A stretch of DNA of 58,508 nt, filler included, from Sphacelaria rigidula (Eukaryota): assembly GCA_964200075.2 (NCBI GenBank). It is 9 parts of 9 records of this genome, joined end to end, with 100 filler letters (N's around TTAATTAATTAA, not from the genome) between each part and the next. Parts side by side here need not be neighbours in the genome. Positions count along the whole stretch, not along the records: positions 6,513 to 12,924 come from CAXNAA020020227.1; positions 13,025 to 19,436 come from CAXNAA020020228.1; positions 19,537 to 25,948 come from CAXNAA020020229.1; 6 more parts are not named here. The stretch is one strand, 5' to 3'. The notes beneath the pieces are model-generated. The model made no database searches, had not been told where the DNA came from, and saw nothing but the letters and a program-made list of their open reading frames with translations. Numbering within the stretch: position 1 is the first letter of the stretch; every line of letters starts with the position of its first letter. Shown here in pieces: positions 11,840-24,290 of this stretch. The position numbers were made by a program, and so were the translations under genes.

Positions 11840-13135
11840 TCAACGCTTTCACCGCGATGAGGGTGGTGGGTCACCTGCTGATTTGCCATCAATTTCACTG
11901 GGAAAAGTTTGGGTTATCTAGATGGACTACCCGCTTCGCGGTCCAATAAGAGTCAAGTCTGCCCCATTCCAAGCCGTAACTAACGGTGTTTTCGTGAGAT
12001 TGAGAGTACAGGGTGGGATTGAGAGTGAAAAGCGGTCAATTAGTGAATGATTCGTTTGTTGTTGTTGTTGTTGTTGTTGTCTTTACAATAAAAAACCGTT
12101 CCGATACCTGCGCGGTACATTCAACAGCCGATTTTAAATTTTGGGTTTCAACACTAAGATGGGGCTGAAGTCGCATTTCTCTATTGCAGGGAAGATACGA
12201 GAGAGTAACACAGAGCGAAAGTATCTTCCCCCCCAAACTCCGCAGGAGGATTTGATCGTCAGACCGCGAGAGTAGGTCACCTGCTGAATCGGCATCAATA
12301 TTCACTTGGAAAAAGTACATGCGTGGTCCAGATGGACTACGGGCACCGCGGTCCAAGGGTTAACCCTTAGACAGCGACCCCCCGCTGGAAGACTGAGTAA
12401 GACTATCCACTTTTTGGGCTCAGAATCATTCCTTTGACACAAACCAAAACGCATTTTCTACGGCGGAAGGGTCCGGGGGTGCATATGAGGTACATAGTTG
12501 TGAGAGTCATCAGACGCGTGCAGACAGTGCAGTAGTGCTGTGGAATCTGAAGAGCTGCTATTATTATTGCATTACGCCGCATGACTGTGCACAGCAGCAG
12601 TCGGTACTGTTTTGTGCCGCAGCTCCACGTACTGTCTACGCGTACTAGATCTTACAGTGTTGCACGTGTTGAGGGTATACGCAGCGTGCGTGTGTGGTTT
12701 TGCACCATGATTGCCGCTGCGAACACGCTTACAGCACGAGCCGCGCTTGTCGGCGCAATATCAATTGGGCGATTGGTACTGAGAATTCTCACTATATAAC
12801 ACGATCCGCTGGCATTGAGTCGCGGGCAGTACATTGTTCTACCCTCTCCGGCAGGCGCCGAGATCTTCAGGAAAAATGAAAGCTCATTCGCCGACCGTCG
12901 TGCGTGGCGTCAACTAGTTGAAGANNNNNNNNNNNNNNNNNNNNNNNNNNNNNNNNNNNNNNNNNNNNTTAATTAATTAANNNNNNNNNNNNNNNNNNNN
13001 NNNNNNNNNNNNNNNNNNNNNNNNTGTAGGGATGCGAGGTCAATGGTCTGATGACTATGGCAAGCATGATTATGAGTACACCCCCCCCCCTGCATTCTTT
13101 TATCATGATGCCTATTGAATTGAAAAATACAACAG

Positions 13136-13451
13136 GTTGAAAGAACAATCGGACATATTCTTTTATGAGGATGTACTTTCGGACCCTACAGCTTGGCACA
13201 AGCAGTGGTACCAATCGGTCGGCCTGGAGCTGCCGGACTCCGTAATAGAAGCGGCGACGGATGCAGCGCAACGGAACGACTTCAGCTTTTCGACCAAGGG
13301 CAAAGATAGACATCCCGGATCAGTGAAGCCGGTGTCATCGGTTACCAGGTCGTACAAGGATGATTTAGCTCAGGAGACCGTCGATAAAATGGACGATGTT
13401 TTGTGGACTTGGCTACCGCCTCCACTTCTGGCGAAATTCGGCTTGCTCTAG
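13136..13451 (+). CDS. Terminal exon of a sulfotransferase-like protein
   Basis: Acceptor ACAACAG|G at 13135/13136; open to TAG at 13449-13451. Peptide FFYEDVLSDP...W...VGLELP...SF...RSYKDDLAQETVDKMDDVL resembles the C-terminal half of Sulfotransfer_1-type domains (YEDL..DP; W/Y-K..L......D). Confidence 0.7.
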
Positions 13452-13639
13452 TTAGTTGATGTCGTATCAAGATGCACAGTAGAGTGGGTGGTAGCACGCG
13501 CCCTAAAGGGTGTGGGTGACCCGATCGCTACAACGTGTGCGTGGTGAAACGCGCGCGAAATGTATTGAGGCATCATACCTTTGGTGATGTAGTAGTTTCA
13601 TTTTATGCTCATTGTGTTTTTGAATTCATGTTTGTGCTT

Positions 13640-14255
13640 GTGTCTAGGTTTGTTCAATGCTGCAGCCGTCTTGTGTGTTTCTCGCTCGTGTGACACTCGT
13701 GAGGGTGAGAGTTCATATCCGAAGTAGTGTGGCTCCGGAATACGGGTTGAGCCACGACCGGCTTCGACGACCTCTTTGGTTTTCGTGTTGTATTTTTGTC
13801 GTGTTTCCTTTTTGTTCTGTTCTGTGTCCGTCTGTATTTTCAATTCTTCCGTTTATACTGATCTCGGTGTCTTGTACGGCTTTCTTGCCTGAAGCAATGC
13901 TGCGCGGTCCGGGCGTTTCTTGTTCTCGTCAGGGTCGGCACAAGATGTATGTTGGCGTTTTTTGTGTGCTCCTCCGCGTTCCATCCCTTTCCTTGCATCC
14001 CTTTTCACCTTCTGTGCCCTTTTTTGTTGTTTCTGTGATATCGCCTGCTTTGTTCAGTGTCTCGTTCTTTGTTCGCCCACTCCCTGTATTGGGCTATCCT
14101 TCATTCCTAGTCTCTTCCCCCTCCCCCCCCGAATTTCGAGCGTCTAACTCAGCGAGTGTCTTCTCTTTTCTGTAACTCGGGTACATCTCTGCTGTGACCG
14201 CGCCCGGATTTCTCGCCGATCGGTGAATGTGCGGCAATATCAACCAATCAATCGA
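13640..14255 (+). repeat. Probable 3' region of a non-LTR retroelement ending in CAAT-like repeats
   Basis: Pyrimidine-rich tract ending CTGTGACCGCG...ATCAACCAATCAATC, the same tail type as at 2829-2849. No RT motifs seen. Confidence 0.35.
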
Positions 14256-15013
14256 CCCCTGTTTGTGTGTTCCTAGCTGAGTTACGTGGTGCGACGAAAT
14301 GTGACGAGGGTGTAGTAATCGAATGTGTCAATTGTTCTTGTAGCAGCATCTGATTTCGTCGTTGGCAGTAGACAGACAAAAGTCTGTCTACTGGGCGAGA
14401 GTAGGGGTGATGTGGACGTGCTGATCTAACCCGCGATACGATGTCGGAAGGTTAGACAATTTCCGGGGGATGGGTCGGTAGATCTCCGTAAACTACGGGT
14501 GAACTCCCTTGAATGGGGACGGATTTAAGGTGTGATTGACGGGGAAATGTTCATGTGTGCTTAGTGTGTGTATGCTGTATACGTGTCCGCTACTCTCAAA
14601 GATCGTATTTCACACTCAGTACAACATTGCTGCGCTGTCCTTGAGCCGTGATACGGTAAGGGTTGCACATTTGGGTCCAGACTTTTCTCACTCAGGAGCT
14701 CCTGAGGTTAGGTACCGCTGTACACATTTGTCTGAATTCGGGATATCCCAAGCCCACCGGAATGCTGAAATTGTGGCGTGCTCTTACATGTTTCACAAGC
14801 CGTTTTTTTGGATAAGATAGTGGGCTTCAAACAATTCAGACCCCAGAAATTATTTGTACACTCCTACCGCTGTACCGAAGGAGAGAGGGGATGATCCCTT
14901 GAGACCACGGACTCATGCAGAGGAAGGGAAGGGGTTCAAAGTGCGACAAATGAGAAAAAAAGCAAATGTTTTAATGCCGTAGCATCACGCTCTTGTGCAA
15001 GCAGTAGAGTTAA

Positions 15014-15622
15014 CCGGCGTTGGGCTACAAATGTTCATGGTTGGGGCATGACTTGATTTGAATGTGTACAACGAGAATCGGATGACTAGTAAGCCTGACA
15101 GTCCCGTGTGCTCCTCGCGTGCGCAGAACGCGTGTTCGTTGAAATCAGCGCCACAGGCGCTGATTTGGGGTCCACCAAGGCCGCACTTTGCCTCGGGAAT
15201 GCTACGTACCGCCCTTGCCCGAGGGATATCGGTATGCGTTGGGTTGGGGTCAGCGTTAGGAGTAGCGATACTTGTAGAATGAGTCAACCATGCACACTTG
15301 ACAAGGTTTTCGTGAGATTGAGAATAGAGCGCTGAATGAGAGTGGCTTTGATTATTCGCTTTAGTTAACTCAGTCAATTTTTCATTTGGTGTGTGCTTTT
15401 CTTTGCCTCCATCACTGGCGTGTGATTTCAGCTACACGTCGATATCCTGCTCGTAGATATCAAGGGCTTCAGTGGCAAGTTACTACAGGAAGAATATCGG
15501 GCCTCGTGGAGGGACATTTCAGAACTGAAACGATTCATTCACTTGTTGACCGCTTCTCACTCGCAATCGTATCCTCTACTCTCATTCTCACGAAAACATC
15601 GATATTTGTAGCCCAACACTGG
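15014..15622 (+). mobile_element. TIR element family C with a second TIR element (family D, ~15303-15601) inserted in its right TIR
   Basis: TTAA|CCGGCGTTGGGCTACAAATG...ATTTGTAGCCCAACACTGG|TGAA. The insert has ends GTTTTCGTGAGATTGAGA / TCTCATTCTCACGAAAAC, also seen at ~11984-12060. Confidence 0.7.
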
Positions 15623-17470
15623 TGAAGTGGCCTCTGTGCAAGGCACAGAAAAAAAATGTACTCCTGGTCTGTTTTCGTCTTGTGAGTTGCGTGAAATTTT
15701 CGACCCCAAATGGTCCCGTGTTTTCGTTCAGATTGTGTGCTGTATCCTTTGCGAAACTTGGAGGGGTGTGGAGCTCGCTAGAATACGAGTAGTTTGAGTT
15801 TCACGTGCAGCTGTGAATCGAGCGATCTCCTGAGTTGTCGAGCTATCCGAGAAAAGAACGGTGCCCGTATCGCGTAGAGGTTGAATTTTCTAGACGTCGA
15901 TAGAACCAGAGTAAAGTCACTGGGAGCATGTTGTGGGAGAACCTAGAGAGTACAAGAATAACCCGGAGTTTGTTTTTTGCAAACAAATACACATGTAAGG
16001 TCATACCGGGTACGGTGCTGCATGAGAATGGAGCAAGCGGCTTGCTAAGGCGAAGTTGCGAGTGCTGCACTGTCCGTGTCTTCGATAATTTGGGTTGGTT
16101 TGTAGTATGCCATCGCTGGTCACCCGTGGAGGGAGCCGGCAGAGGCTTCTTAGCAATGATGGACTCGGCTGGACAGTCATCGACGGTCTGTTTTGAGTTT
16201 TTGTGTAGAGTAAAAGCTCGACTCTTCCGGTAGTACGGTCCGAACGTGTAACGTCATGACCCCTAAATGAAAAGTTGGGGCTCACGTAAGTGTTTACCGG
16301 GACTTTTGGATGCGGTCCCATCTGGTGAGAGACACCGTCTGGGGAAAAGAATGTTTTGACTTTCAGCGCAACATTGTTCCCTTTCGCTCTCATGTATTTC
16401 GTTGCTACTCTTCGCTGGAATCAGGTCTTGTGCGTAGGATATTTTTAGGTCGTGTCCGCACACGGGAACGTTTGCCTCACCGCTGTAGAGTTGTGGTGCA
16501 GGCTTGAATTAACTGCGAGTGAGTGCCGCCTGGTCGGTTTTGTGAAGAAGCCGTCTTCCTTTGTATTTCACTATCGTTGATCACCTGTACACCGAGCGGG
16601 AAGAGGCTTCTAAGCGGGGATAGTTCTGGTTGTAAGATCGATCGCCTCTTTGAATATTGGTATTGAAGTGAAACTTGACTTTTCTGGTAATGTAGAGAAT
16701 CGGTCCGTCCCGGAGCTCCGCCACCGAGCGCCCAGCGCAATCACAGTGGCAATATTATCAGTTGAGAGTAATGCATAAAGCACGGCAGATGGAAATTATC
16801 TGCTGAGAGCGAATCATTCATCCCCCCCCCCACTTCGCGTTGTTATAGTATGTGGAGGCAGGGGCCTCGACGAGTATCACCCGCGCATTGGGTGGATATG
16901 AACGCTTGATATGTTCGGATTGTAATTGATGTTCGGATATGACTCCTTGGTGCTTCATTCGGATTACCGTACTTGAGTTTTTTTGTGAGGATCAACACAA
17001 GGTTCGGAGTTCCACATACTTGAGCAGGTTTGGATCTGGTTCGGGCCCCTTGTTTAAGGCTTTTTGCAGTGCTTTGAATTCATGGGAGAACGTATAATGG
17101 AGGTTCCGAGTTGTGTAAGCACAGTAGTCGACCACAGCGGTCGATCGATCACGGGTATGTTGCCCATGATTGATTTTGTCCGCTCACATTTCATGTGTGG
17201 TCTATGGGCCATGCGACGGTTCACGAGGCATCTAAATGGTGCCCGGTAGATTGTTGGCTCATTTAGATGATAACATTATTTCATATATTTTTTATTTTTT
17301 TGTCTATATATCTGTCGCACTTTGAAACACCTCCCCTTTTTCTGAACTAGCCCGTGGTCTAACAAATCAACCCATTTCTCCTCGGTACACGCCTTGCATT
17401 TTGGTCTCACGGATTGGAACAGCACTCCTGCACCGTGTCAACTCACGTCAAACAAACTCAGTCAAGTCTG

Positions 17471-17681
17471 CTGCCGAGATAGCCCCCCCCGAACCCGCCG
17501 AAAAAGTGCACGGAGGTGATGATCATAAGTGCCGTTAGAGCTGGTTTCGTGCTGCACGACGCGACTCATTTGGGCGTGCTAGCTGATTTCGGACTGCTAC
17601 ACACCTCTCATGTGGGCAAAATTGCTGCAAACGAGCCCAATAGTGGGATCGCAGCCGGTTTGTCGGACGGTATCTCGACAG
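17471..17681. mobile_element. Small TIR element inserted into a SINE-B copy
   Basis: Ends CTGCCGAGATA / TATCTCGACAG. The flanks are contiguous SINE-B sequence when compared with 3080-3160, and AGTCT is repeated on both sides. Confidence 0.55.
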
Positions 17682-18097
17682 TAGTCTCAACTACGTTTAC
17701 TCATGTTATCACGCTTTCCACGTTGGAAATCAGATACTATGGTGAAAAAAATCCAACGCATTGGGAATCGAATCCTCGTTCTCTGCCCCCGCCATCGGGA
17801 ATCGAACCCACCCTTCCTCAGGTAACAAGAGTCCGTTCAATCATGTGGACGTAGTTGAGAAAATCTAAGTATTTTGTTTTTCCAGCTGTTGCGAAACGCG
17901 GTACACATGTTGTTACGGCGGGTGCCCTCTGTGTAGACGGGAGCCAGTATAGTAGAGCAACGAAAGCTAGCGATGATCGGGTTTGTCTGCCGCACTGCCG
18001 CCAGCGTTGCTTGAAAGCCACAAGACCTTTGCGGTCGGCGGTTGATGGCGTGGGTGTCAAATGCAACGACAAGTCGTTGATCATAGAGCACTCTTGA

Positions 18098-18530
18098 CAC
18101 GGGATCTTACAAATTGGGGATGGATGTTTTATTGGGGATGAGAAACCCGGAGAATTAAAACCTTCGTATCCACACTAAATCTTCGAAATATGGTTCCGTT
18201 TCTTCACCTACTGATGGCTATTGACAACTGCTACACGCCATAGAAATTTGGATTTCGATCACCGGACCTAGGTGAAAAACCAATTTTGGGGAATTTCGGG
18301 TGTCCGAACGGACGCCAAAATGGTTCCGAAATTGGTTTTTCGCCTAAGACCCCAACATTTCGGTGATCGAAATCCAAATTTCTATGGCGTGTAGCAGTTG
18401 TCAATAACTATCGGTAGGTGCAAAAATGGAACCATATTTCGAACATTTGGTGTGGATATGAAGATTTTATTTCTCCGGGTTTTTTATCCTCCATAATAAA
18501 AGATCCATCCCGAATTTTCAAGATCCCGTG
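18098..18530. mobile_element. Palindromic foldback/MITE (~433 bp)
   Basis: Termini CACGGGATCTT / AAGATCCCGTG. The arms pair over most of the length (e.g. TTGACAACTGCTACACGCCATAGAAATTTGGATTTCGATCACCG and its exact reverse complement). Centre at ~18313. Confidence 0.9.
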
Positions 18531-18735
18531 TTCCTTGCTGGCATGTGTGTGACAGAGAATAGTAGCGGTGACGGGAACAGCCCTGTTTTCCAACGATACG
18601 TTCTTCAGCGCACAGAGGCGCGTTCTGTCTAAAAAGATAGGCAGAGAGGAATCGATCTTTGCATTGGTGAGCTCAACAGACAAGAAGAGACGAAATCCCT
18701 CCGCACCTCCATGTTTTTCGGGGGGCTGTGCGCAG
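18531..18735 (+). repeat. Dispersed repeat shared with ~39296-39500
   Basis: Shared motifs GTAGCGGTGACGG, GCGCA(C/T)AGAGGC and ATCTTTGCATTGGT occur in the same order on two contigs. Confidence 0.65.
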
Positions 18736-19375
18736 TAATTCTAATTTTCAAATTGAATGTTGTCTCCGGCCATTTCAGATTCGGCATTGGATTTCTGTGA
18801 TAGAAAAGTATTTCGTTTTTTAAAGAATATATTTCCAGAACCGATCAAAACTTTTCAAGAACCAATCAGAACGTTTCAAAAACCAATCAGAACTTCTCAA
18901 GAACCTGCCCAAAACTTGACCCCCCCCCACATACTTGAATACCTATTGTTAAAATACAGAGGTCGTACAGTATATATAGCAGTACCGAGTACTACACTGA
19001 ACACAACACAGAAGTCCTACAGTGTTATTAGAGTTTTTTAGAACCTGAACACGGACTGTATACGGTATGCATCAGCTGCTTGCCATCCATCGTGAATGAG
19101 GATGTTTTCCCCCTGCTTGTTCGGACCTGCGTTTCGGGGTATCGCAGCTGAAGTGACGAGATACTGTCTATACATCCAAGGCTCCGCTGCGTTGGTGACA
19201 TGGGAGACGAGAGTGAAAATAGCTGTCGTGCCTCCCACAACGAGGAATTATGTTGAGAAAAGCGCTGCCGCTTATACTCTCCTCTTCGTCTGTTTTGTTG
19301 ATTAGATTAGCACTGCCATGTTCGCCGTACTACCTCCGCAGCCTCCGTCCGCTACGACTCGAGCTTGTACCTATG

Positions 19376-19436
19376 AACAGCCAATCATCTATGTTGAGGA
19401 TGGTGCTTTTGATTGAGGATGAGAACCCGGAGGATT
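19376..19436 (+). repeat. 61-bp sequence identical to 6352-6412; terminus of a young high-copy element related to the 18098-18530 foldback
   Basis: AACAGCCAATCATCTATGTTGAGGATGGTGCTTTTGATTGAGGATGAGAACCCGGAGGATT ends both contig 1 and contig 3. Confidence 0.95.
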
Positions 19437-21221
19437 NNNNNNNNNNNNNNNNNNNNNNNNNNNNNNNNNNNNNNNNNNNNTTAATTAATTAANNNNNNNN
19501 NNNNNNNNNNNNNNNNNNNNNNNNNNNNNNNNNNNNGGATCGATCCTCCCGTACTGTTGCCGGGGAGTGACGTTGTTTTGGTCGATTCTATGAATTAGAA
19601 AGAGCCCCCCCCCCCCCCCGTCATAGCATAACCCCTGAGTTGGCACCGAACACGGTCCAGTCAGGGTGTGATGGCCGCCAGTCTATTACTACTGTTTCGA
19701 CTTCGGTGTGAGCCGCAGACAGCTACCTAACGACCACAGCTATTAATAGTTAAATCTTCCTCCGGTCCTAACTAAAGCTGCCATTTTTGTATGCGCCCAA
19801 GTCGACTAGCTAACGGCATCGAGATTGCGCAGTGTACCAAACCGGCGGGCTCTGTCAGACCAATAACAGCAAGGCGGTATGTTCACGCACATACAAATTG
19901 AGTCTGGATCACCATCATAAGTCAAACAGCTGGTCCCTGGTTCATGGTGGTTCCTACCGAGTTCACTATACACTGTACTGTAGCAGTTGTTTCCGGTTGA
20001 AGTTGGCCACGCTGACAACGGTCGCGACGTCGTCCGGCGCTAGCAATAAAAGCGGGGAAATATCTCATGAGCGGACGATCAACCTGCACGCAAATATCAC
20101 AATGTTCGGCACACCGACAACACCAATTCAGGGGTAACTGGGATTGCCTCCCTAAAGTTCACGCCTGGGACTTCAGACACAAGCCCCACAACTTGATTTG
20201 TTTCAACCGTACACCACGTACCGAAGGTCGATCTCTTCCCGACGCAAAGTTCGATGGACTGCGGGGTAATCGTCCCGAATCCCCTCCGCGTGCCCCGTTG
20301 TTGAACACGTGGTACATCAAAAATAATGTCCCACCAGCAAGGATGAGTCGGCAGCAGCAAGAAGTCCCAAGCTGTCTGTCCTCGCTGCCCTTGTCCTCCA
20401 AGCATCGATCGTCCCAGCGACACAATAAAGTGAGGAGTGCATCGAAACGTTTCAAGTAAAACAGCAAAACACGGCGGGTAAAAACGTGAACCGGTACACG
20501 TTATCCCGCAGTCTCCTTCTCCAGACATACGCCCGGACCCCTGTCCTGTGGCGCAGCCACGGGCATGTGGAGCATGGTTGATGGCCTCTACAGAGGAAAT
20601 TTCGCTCGTGAGATGCTTGAAGAAGCTTAGCACTCAAGCACAGGCAGAGAACGAAATAGCTGAAGTTTCCAGGTCGGGCATTCGAATGACTTGTGTGTTC
20701 TCGTAGGTCGCCTGAACAGTACAGTAGTCAACGTATGCTGTGCTGTATGTTGCAGTATGCACAGCACGCACATTCGCACTCACCGCCCCCGAAAAGTGGT
20801 TTTGCTCCAAGGCCACGAGGTTTCACATCACCAAACTTGACATGTATCTTCAAGATGCTGCGATGAATCCACTCTACGACGGTATTCACCACGTTGGTGC
20901 GAACTGTCGAGTCGGTGTGTCGGCGACCGCGCAGTTTAGTGCAGTGCATCGCCAACCCTACCGGGCGTGTCACAACAACATGGAAATTGAGCACTGCCGT
21001 AGTTCCAGTGTTCGGCTGGAAGTAAATGGCCGTGTTCGCCACTGCAATCTGCAAATTATGAGGCTGGTGGGGAGCCTGCAGCAGCCACACGACAAATTCG
21101 TGGATGTGCAGCGACCATAGGTGATTATGACTTGTCTGGAGTGGAGAGAAAGAATTCGTATTTGTATGTATGAGTGTTGCTGGACATTTCCATCGACAGT
21201 CGGCCGTTTGCCATCATTAGA

Positions 21222-22087
21222 GCTGGGCCAGCCTAGAACCGATCTGTAGGTTGTAGGCCTATTCTCGCCTCAATTTTGACAGTTATACTTTCAAATTTGG
21301 GAGTATAGAGAATCAACAAAACGTGATAAAAAAACAGCGCCTTGAGACATGAAGCTTTTTTCAAAGATTCTTGCATGGCTTGAGGCTGCTTCTTACAGAC
21401 TGAAAAATAATCTGTCTAAGAACTGCCCTTTTGAACCTTTCACCTCGGATTATTGGCGGAATACGGGCCTTGGCGGATTTGGGCCCCTCGCAATAATTTG
21501 CTCTACTTCTCACGAGGATTCCAGCGCGCTTGTCGGAGCTTTCGTACTCCCAGTTTTACTCTTGGCCGGATTCTGGATTTTTTCCGTCGCCGCGAAAATC
21601 ATCCAGTTGTCGGGAAAAATACGTACTTTTTGCCGACAACTCAATTTTTTTCAGGTGACTGAACAAAAAAATCCAGAATCCAGCCAAGAGTAAAACTGGG
21701 AGTACGAAATATCGGACAAGCGTGCTGGAATCCTCGTGAAAAATAGAGCAAAACGTTCGGAGGAGGCCAAATCCGCCAAGGCCCGTATTCCGCTAATAAT
21801 CCGTGATGGAAGGTTCAAAAGGGCAGTTCTCAGACATTTTTTTCAGTCTATGAGAAGCGGCCTGAGGGCAACAATCAAGATCCTGTTTTGAGCAAATTGT
21901 GCGCAAGTAACTGAATATGTATATCTTCACATGCCAAGGTGATTTTTTTCGCTATAACCCTGTATACCCTGTTCAGTCTCCATACCAAATTTGAAAGTCC
22001 AACTCTCAGAAGTGAGGCAAGAAGGGGCGATTTAGAGCCCGGGCCGGTCGAAATTCGGAACCGAATTTTGGTCACTCGCCAGCCCAG
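21222..22087. mobile_element. Long palindromic foldback element (~870 bp; best-paired core ~21380-21865)
   Basis: Inverted arms around centre ~21623: TTCGTACTCCCAGTTTTACTCTTGG vs CCAAGAGTAAAACTGGGAGTACGAA; GCGGAATACGGGCCTTGGCGGATTTGG vs CCAAATCCGCCAAGGCCCGTATTCCGC. Outer arms are weaker (CTTTCAAATTTGG / CCAAATTTGAAAG). Confidence 0.9.
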
Positions 22088-23014
22088 TCTGGGTACTTGT
22101 GCTTTGAAATTTTGTGAGAAGAATTGCCAGGATCACGTTGATTCTTGATTTTTTCATATGTTAAATGATGTTTCAGTACAGTTCTGTACAGTGAAGACCA
22201 TTTTTTCGCTCAAGTCGCCACAGACAAAAAGAGATGAAGGCCCACATGCTTCGTCTTAAGTACACTCTTGCGAGTTCCCCTACCCAATTTCACATCACTG
22301 TTCTGAAACTCGAGCTGAGAAACTGAGATAGGGGCGAAAACCAATGTCCATTTTTGATTTTTTTTTAAATGGAAAAGAAATGAAAAGAGTGAAGAAAAAA
22401 TCCGAAGAAGCTTTTTGTTTCCTTCTAATTATGCCCCAGCGATTGTCGATACCAAATTTCAAGGCACAACTCTCAAGATTGAGATGCGCAATCCAGATTG
22501 AGTGCTTTCAGTGCCTCTGCTCGTACTGTACTCACTTAAGAATGAAACCTCATGTGCACCGTATCTCCAGATAGATAACGAATTAGGTGGAGATGAGGAT
22601 ATCCATCGTTTTCCCGTGCTCCCGGGAATGTTCGAATAAAAAATTGCCATCATTCGTTGTATAGCACTCGGGGTTTCATATAGACTTTAGTATAGGCCCT
22701 ATCTCCGCAAGGTATAGGAATTCCTCGATATGGCGTTTAATCAACGAGAAAAGGTTGGCTCAAGTTTTTGAGCAGATGGGCATCTTCCCCTTGATAAGAC
22801 GATTAATAACATATGGGAATCACGGCCCAATTCGTCTCTATCGATGAGACGTGGCTGTGAGAGCTTACGTTCGTTTCTAGGCTGGCCCAGCTCGTAGAGC
22901 CTGTGGTTCAAGCATCCCACGCGTCGCGTCACGGCACGGCCAATAACTAACCTCTTCGAACACGACTCAGACCATACATTGTGGCAGAGGCGCCCAGATA
23001 CTCAATGATGCATG

Positions 23015-24290
23015 CCATCGGTTGAATCCCCACATCGCTACTACGAGACGCTAGCACGGCCTGCGAAACTTGGGCAAAAGCTACGAACATTTGCTGGCAA
23101 AATTAGCCCATCAGGGGTTCGGGCGATCAAGGATGCATGTGTGGAAGCTACAACGCAGCGGGTTCGAGGGAACCGTGATGTATGGAAACGTGGTGAATCA
23201 CAAGCCTTATATTTACCCAGTCCTGAAAAGGGTTTAGTAGAGAACGATTGGCAGGGGCCACTTATGCTTGCATCGAGTCCTCTAACAACCCAAGCTATCA
23301 TTTCAGCTTCAACGTTGCGACTTCAATGCGCCGGCATCGTACTCCTTGGTGTCTAAGTAACCTTCGTATTGCCCATCGTGCCTCATCACAGTGTTATCTT
23401 GAGCCGAGTAGATGACGCTGTGCGACATAGTGTGCTTTCACAGCTAGAGGAACCGATAGGAGCCGCTACCGTGACAGCTCAGACTGTGCAGCTGGTGCAG
23501 TGGGGGACGCTCCGCTGTGATCGATCAGAGGACTACCCGTCACCTAGCCTCCGCGAAGAGGTCAGCATTGACCTGCACAGAACGTCCCAGTATTTCTTTT
23601 CCCCTGAGTTAGTTATGCTGTTCATCACGTGTGTGCAATCCTGCACGGTGAACAGCGCTCTACCCCCTTGAAGTGGATAAACACCTATCGACAGCAACAG
23701 CCATCGGTATACTTCGCAAACTACCAAGACTGCTGAGTCGTGCTCCATTTGTCATCCAGATCCTGCATAGTCACGGTAATCTCTAGCTGAATGTCAACAC
23801 TCGACGAGATACACGCGGGAAAAGGTTCTCACTACGGCAGCCAAAATACGGTCTGAGACAAACGCTCGTGCAGTTGGTGTTGGGCTTTTTCTATCTCTGG
23901 TGAAGCATCGTGGTGCCCAGCGAACGTATCAGACTAAACGCCCTCTAGTAAGTGATATACGGCGGTGCAATGCCCCTCTTCCCTCCAAGCTCCATACGTC
24001 GTGTCAGGGGGTAATGCGTGAACATTTTGGTCGCGACTTCGCGAGAGCTCCCCTTCCCCTTCCCCCTGACGTTATGCGCAAATGGGCTCCACCTGCGCTA
24101 CTTCCAGGCTCTACACTGCGGATGTTTTCAACCAGGATCGGAACCTCGTCCGGCACAAATTGACAACTGGGCAAGGGGTAGGGTTCCATCCAAGTCTGTC
24201 GAGTGCGAAGGCATGCTGCAATCCGAATCTCAGCAAAGGGATTCCACCGGACCATCGTTGCACAAGGGCGACTCGAGCGAGGAAGTTGGT
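23015..24290 (-). pseudogene. Decayed Mutator-like (MULE) transposase remnant
   Basis: Manual minus-strand translation across stops and frameshifts gives V*YVRWAPRCF...SDRILAAVVRTF...C*H...DYAGSG*QMEHDSAV...QDCTHVMNSITN...LRCSFHT...FASK.RSFCPSFAGRA...GFN. This matches the order of motifs in Mutator-like transposases (YDGxWxxRG; NYxGSSxxME; Hv; PK...R...FNxG). Confidence 0.5.

Noticed and set aside
15640..17250. Possible decayed retroelement ORF on the minus strand
   Set aside because: The composition is suggestive, but no RT, endonuclease or gag motif could be identified.
19800..21120. Cluster of 100-180-aa ORFs on both strands
   Set aside because: No recognisable domain or consistent frame; possibly decayed coding DNA but not assignable.
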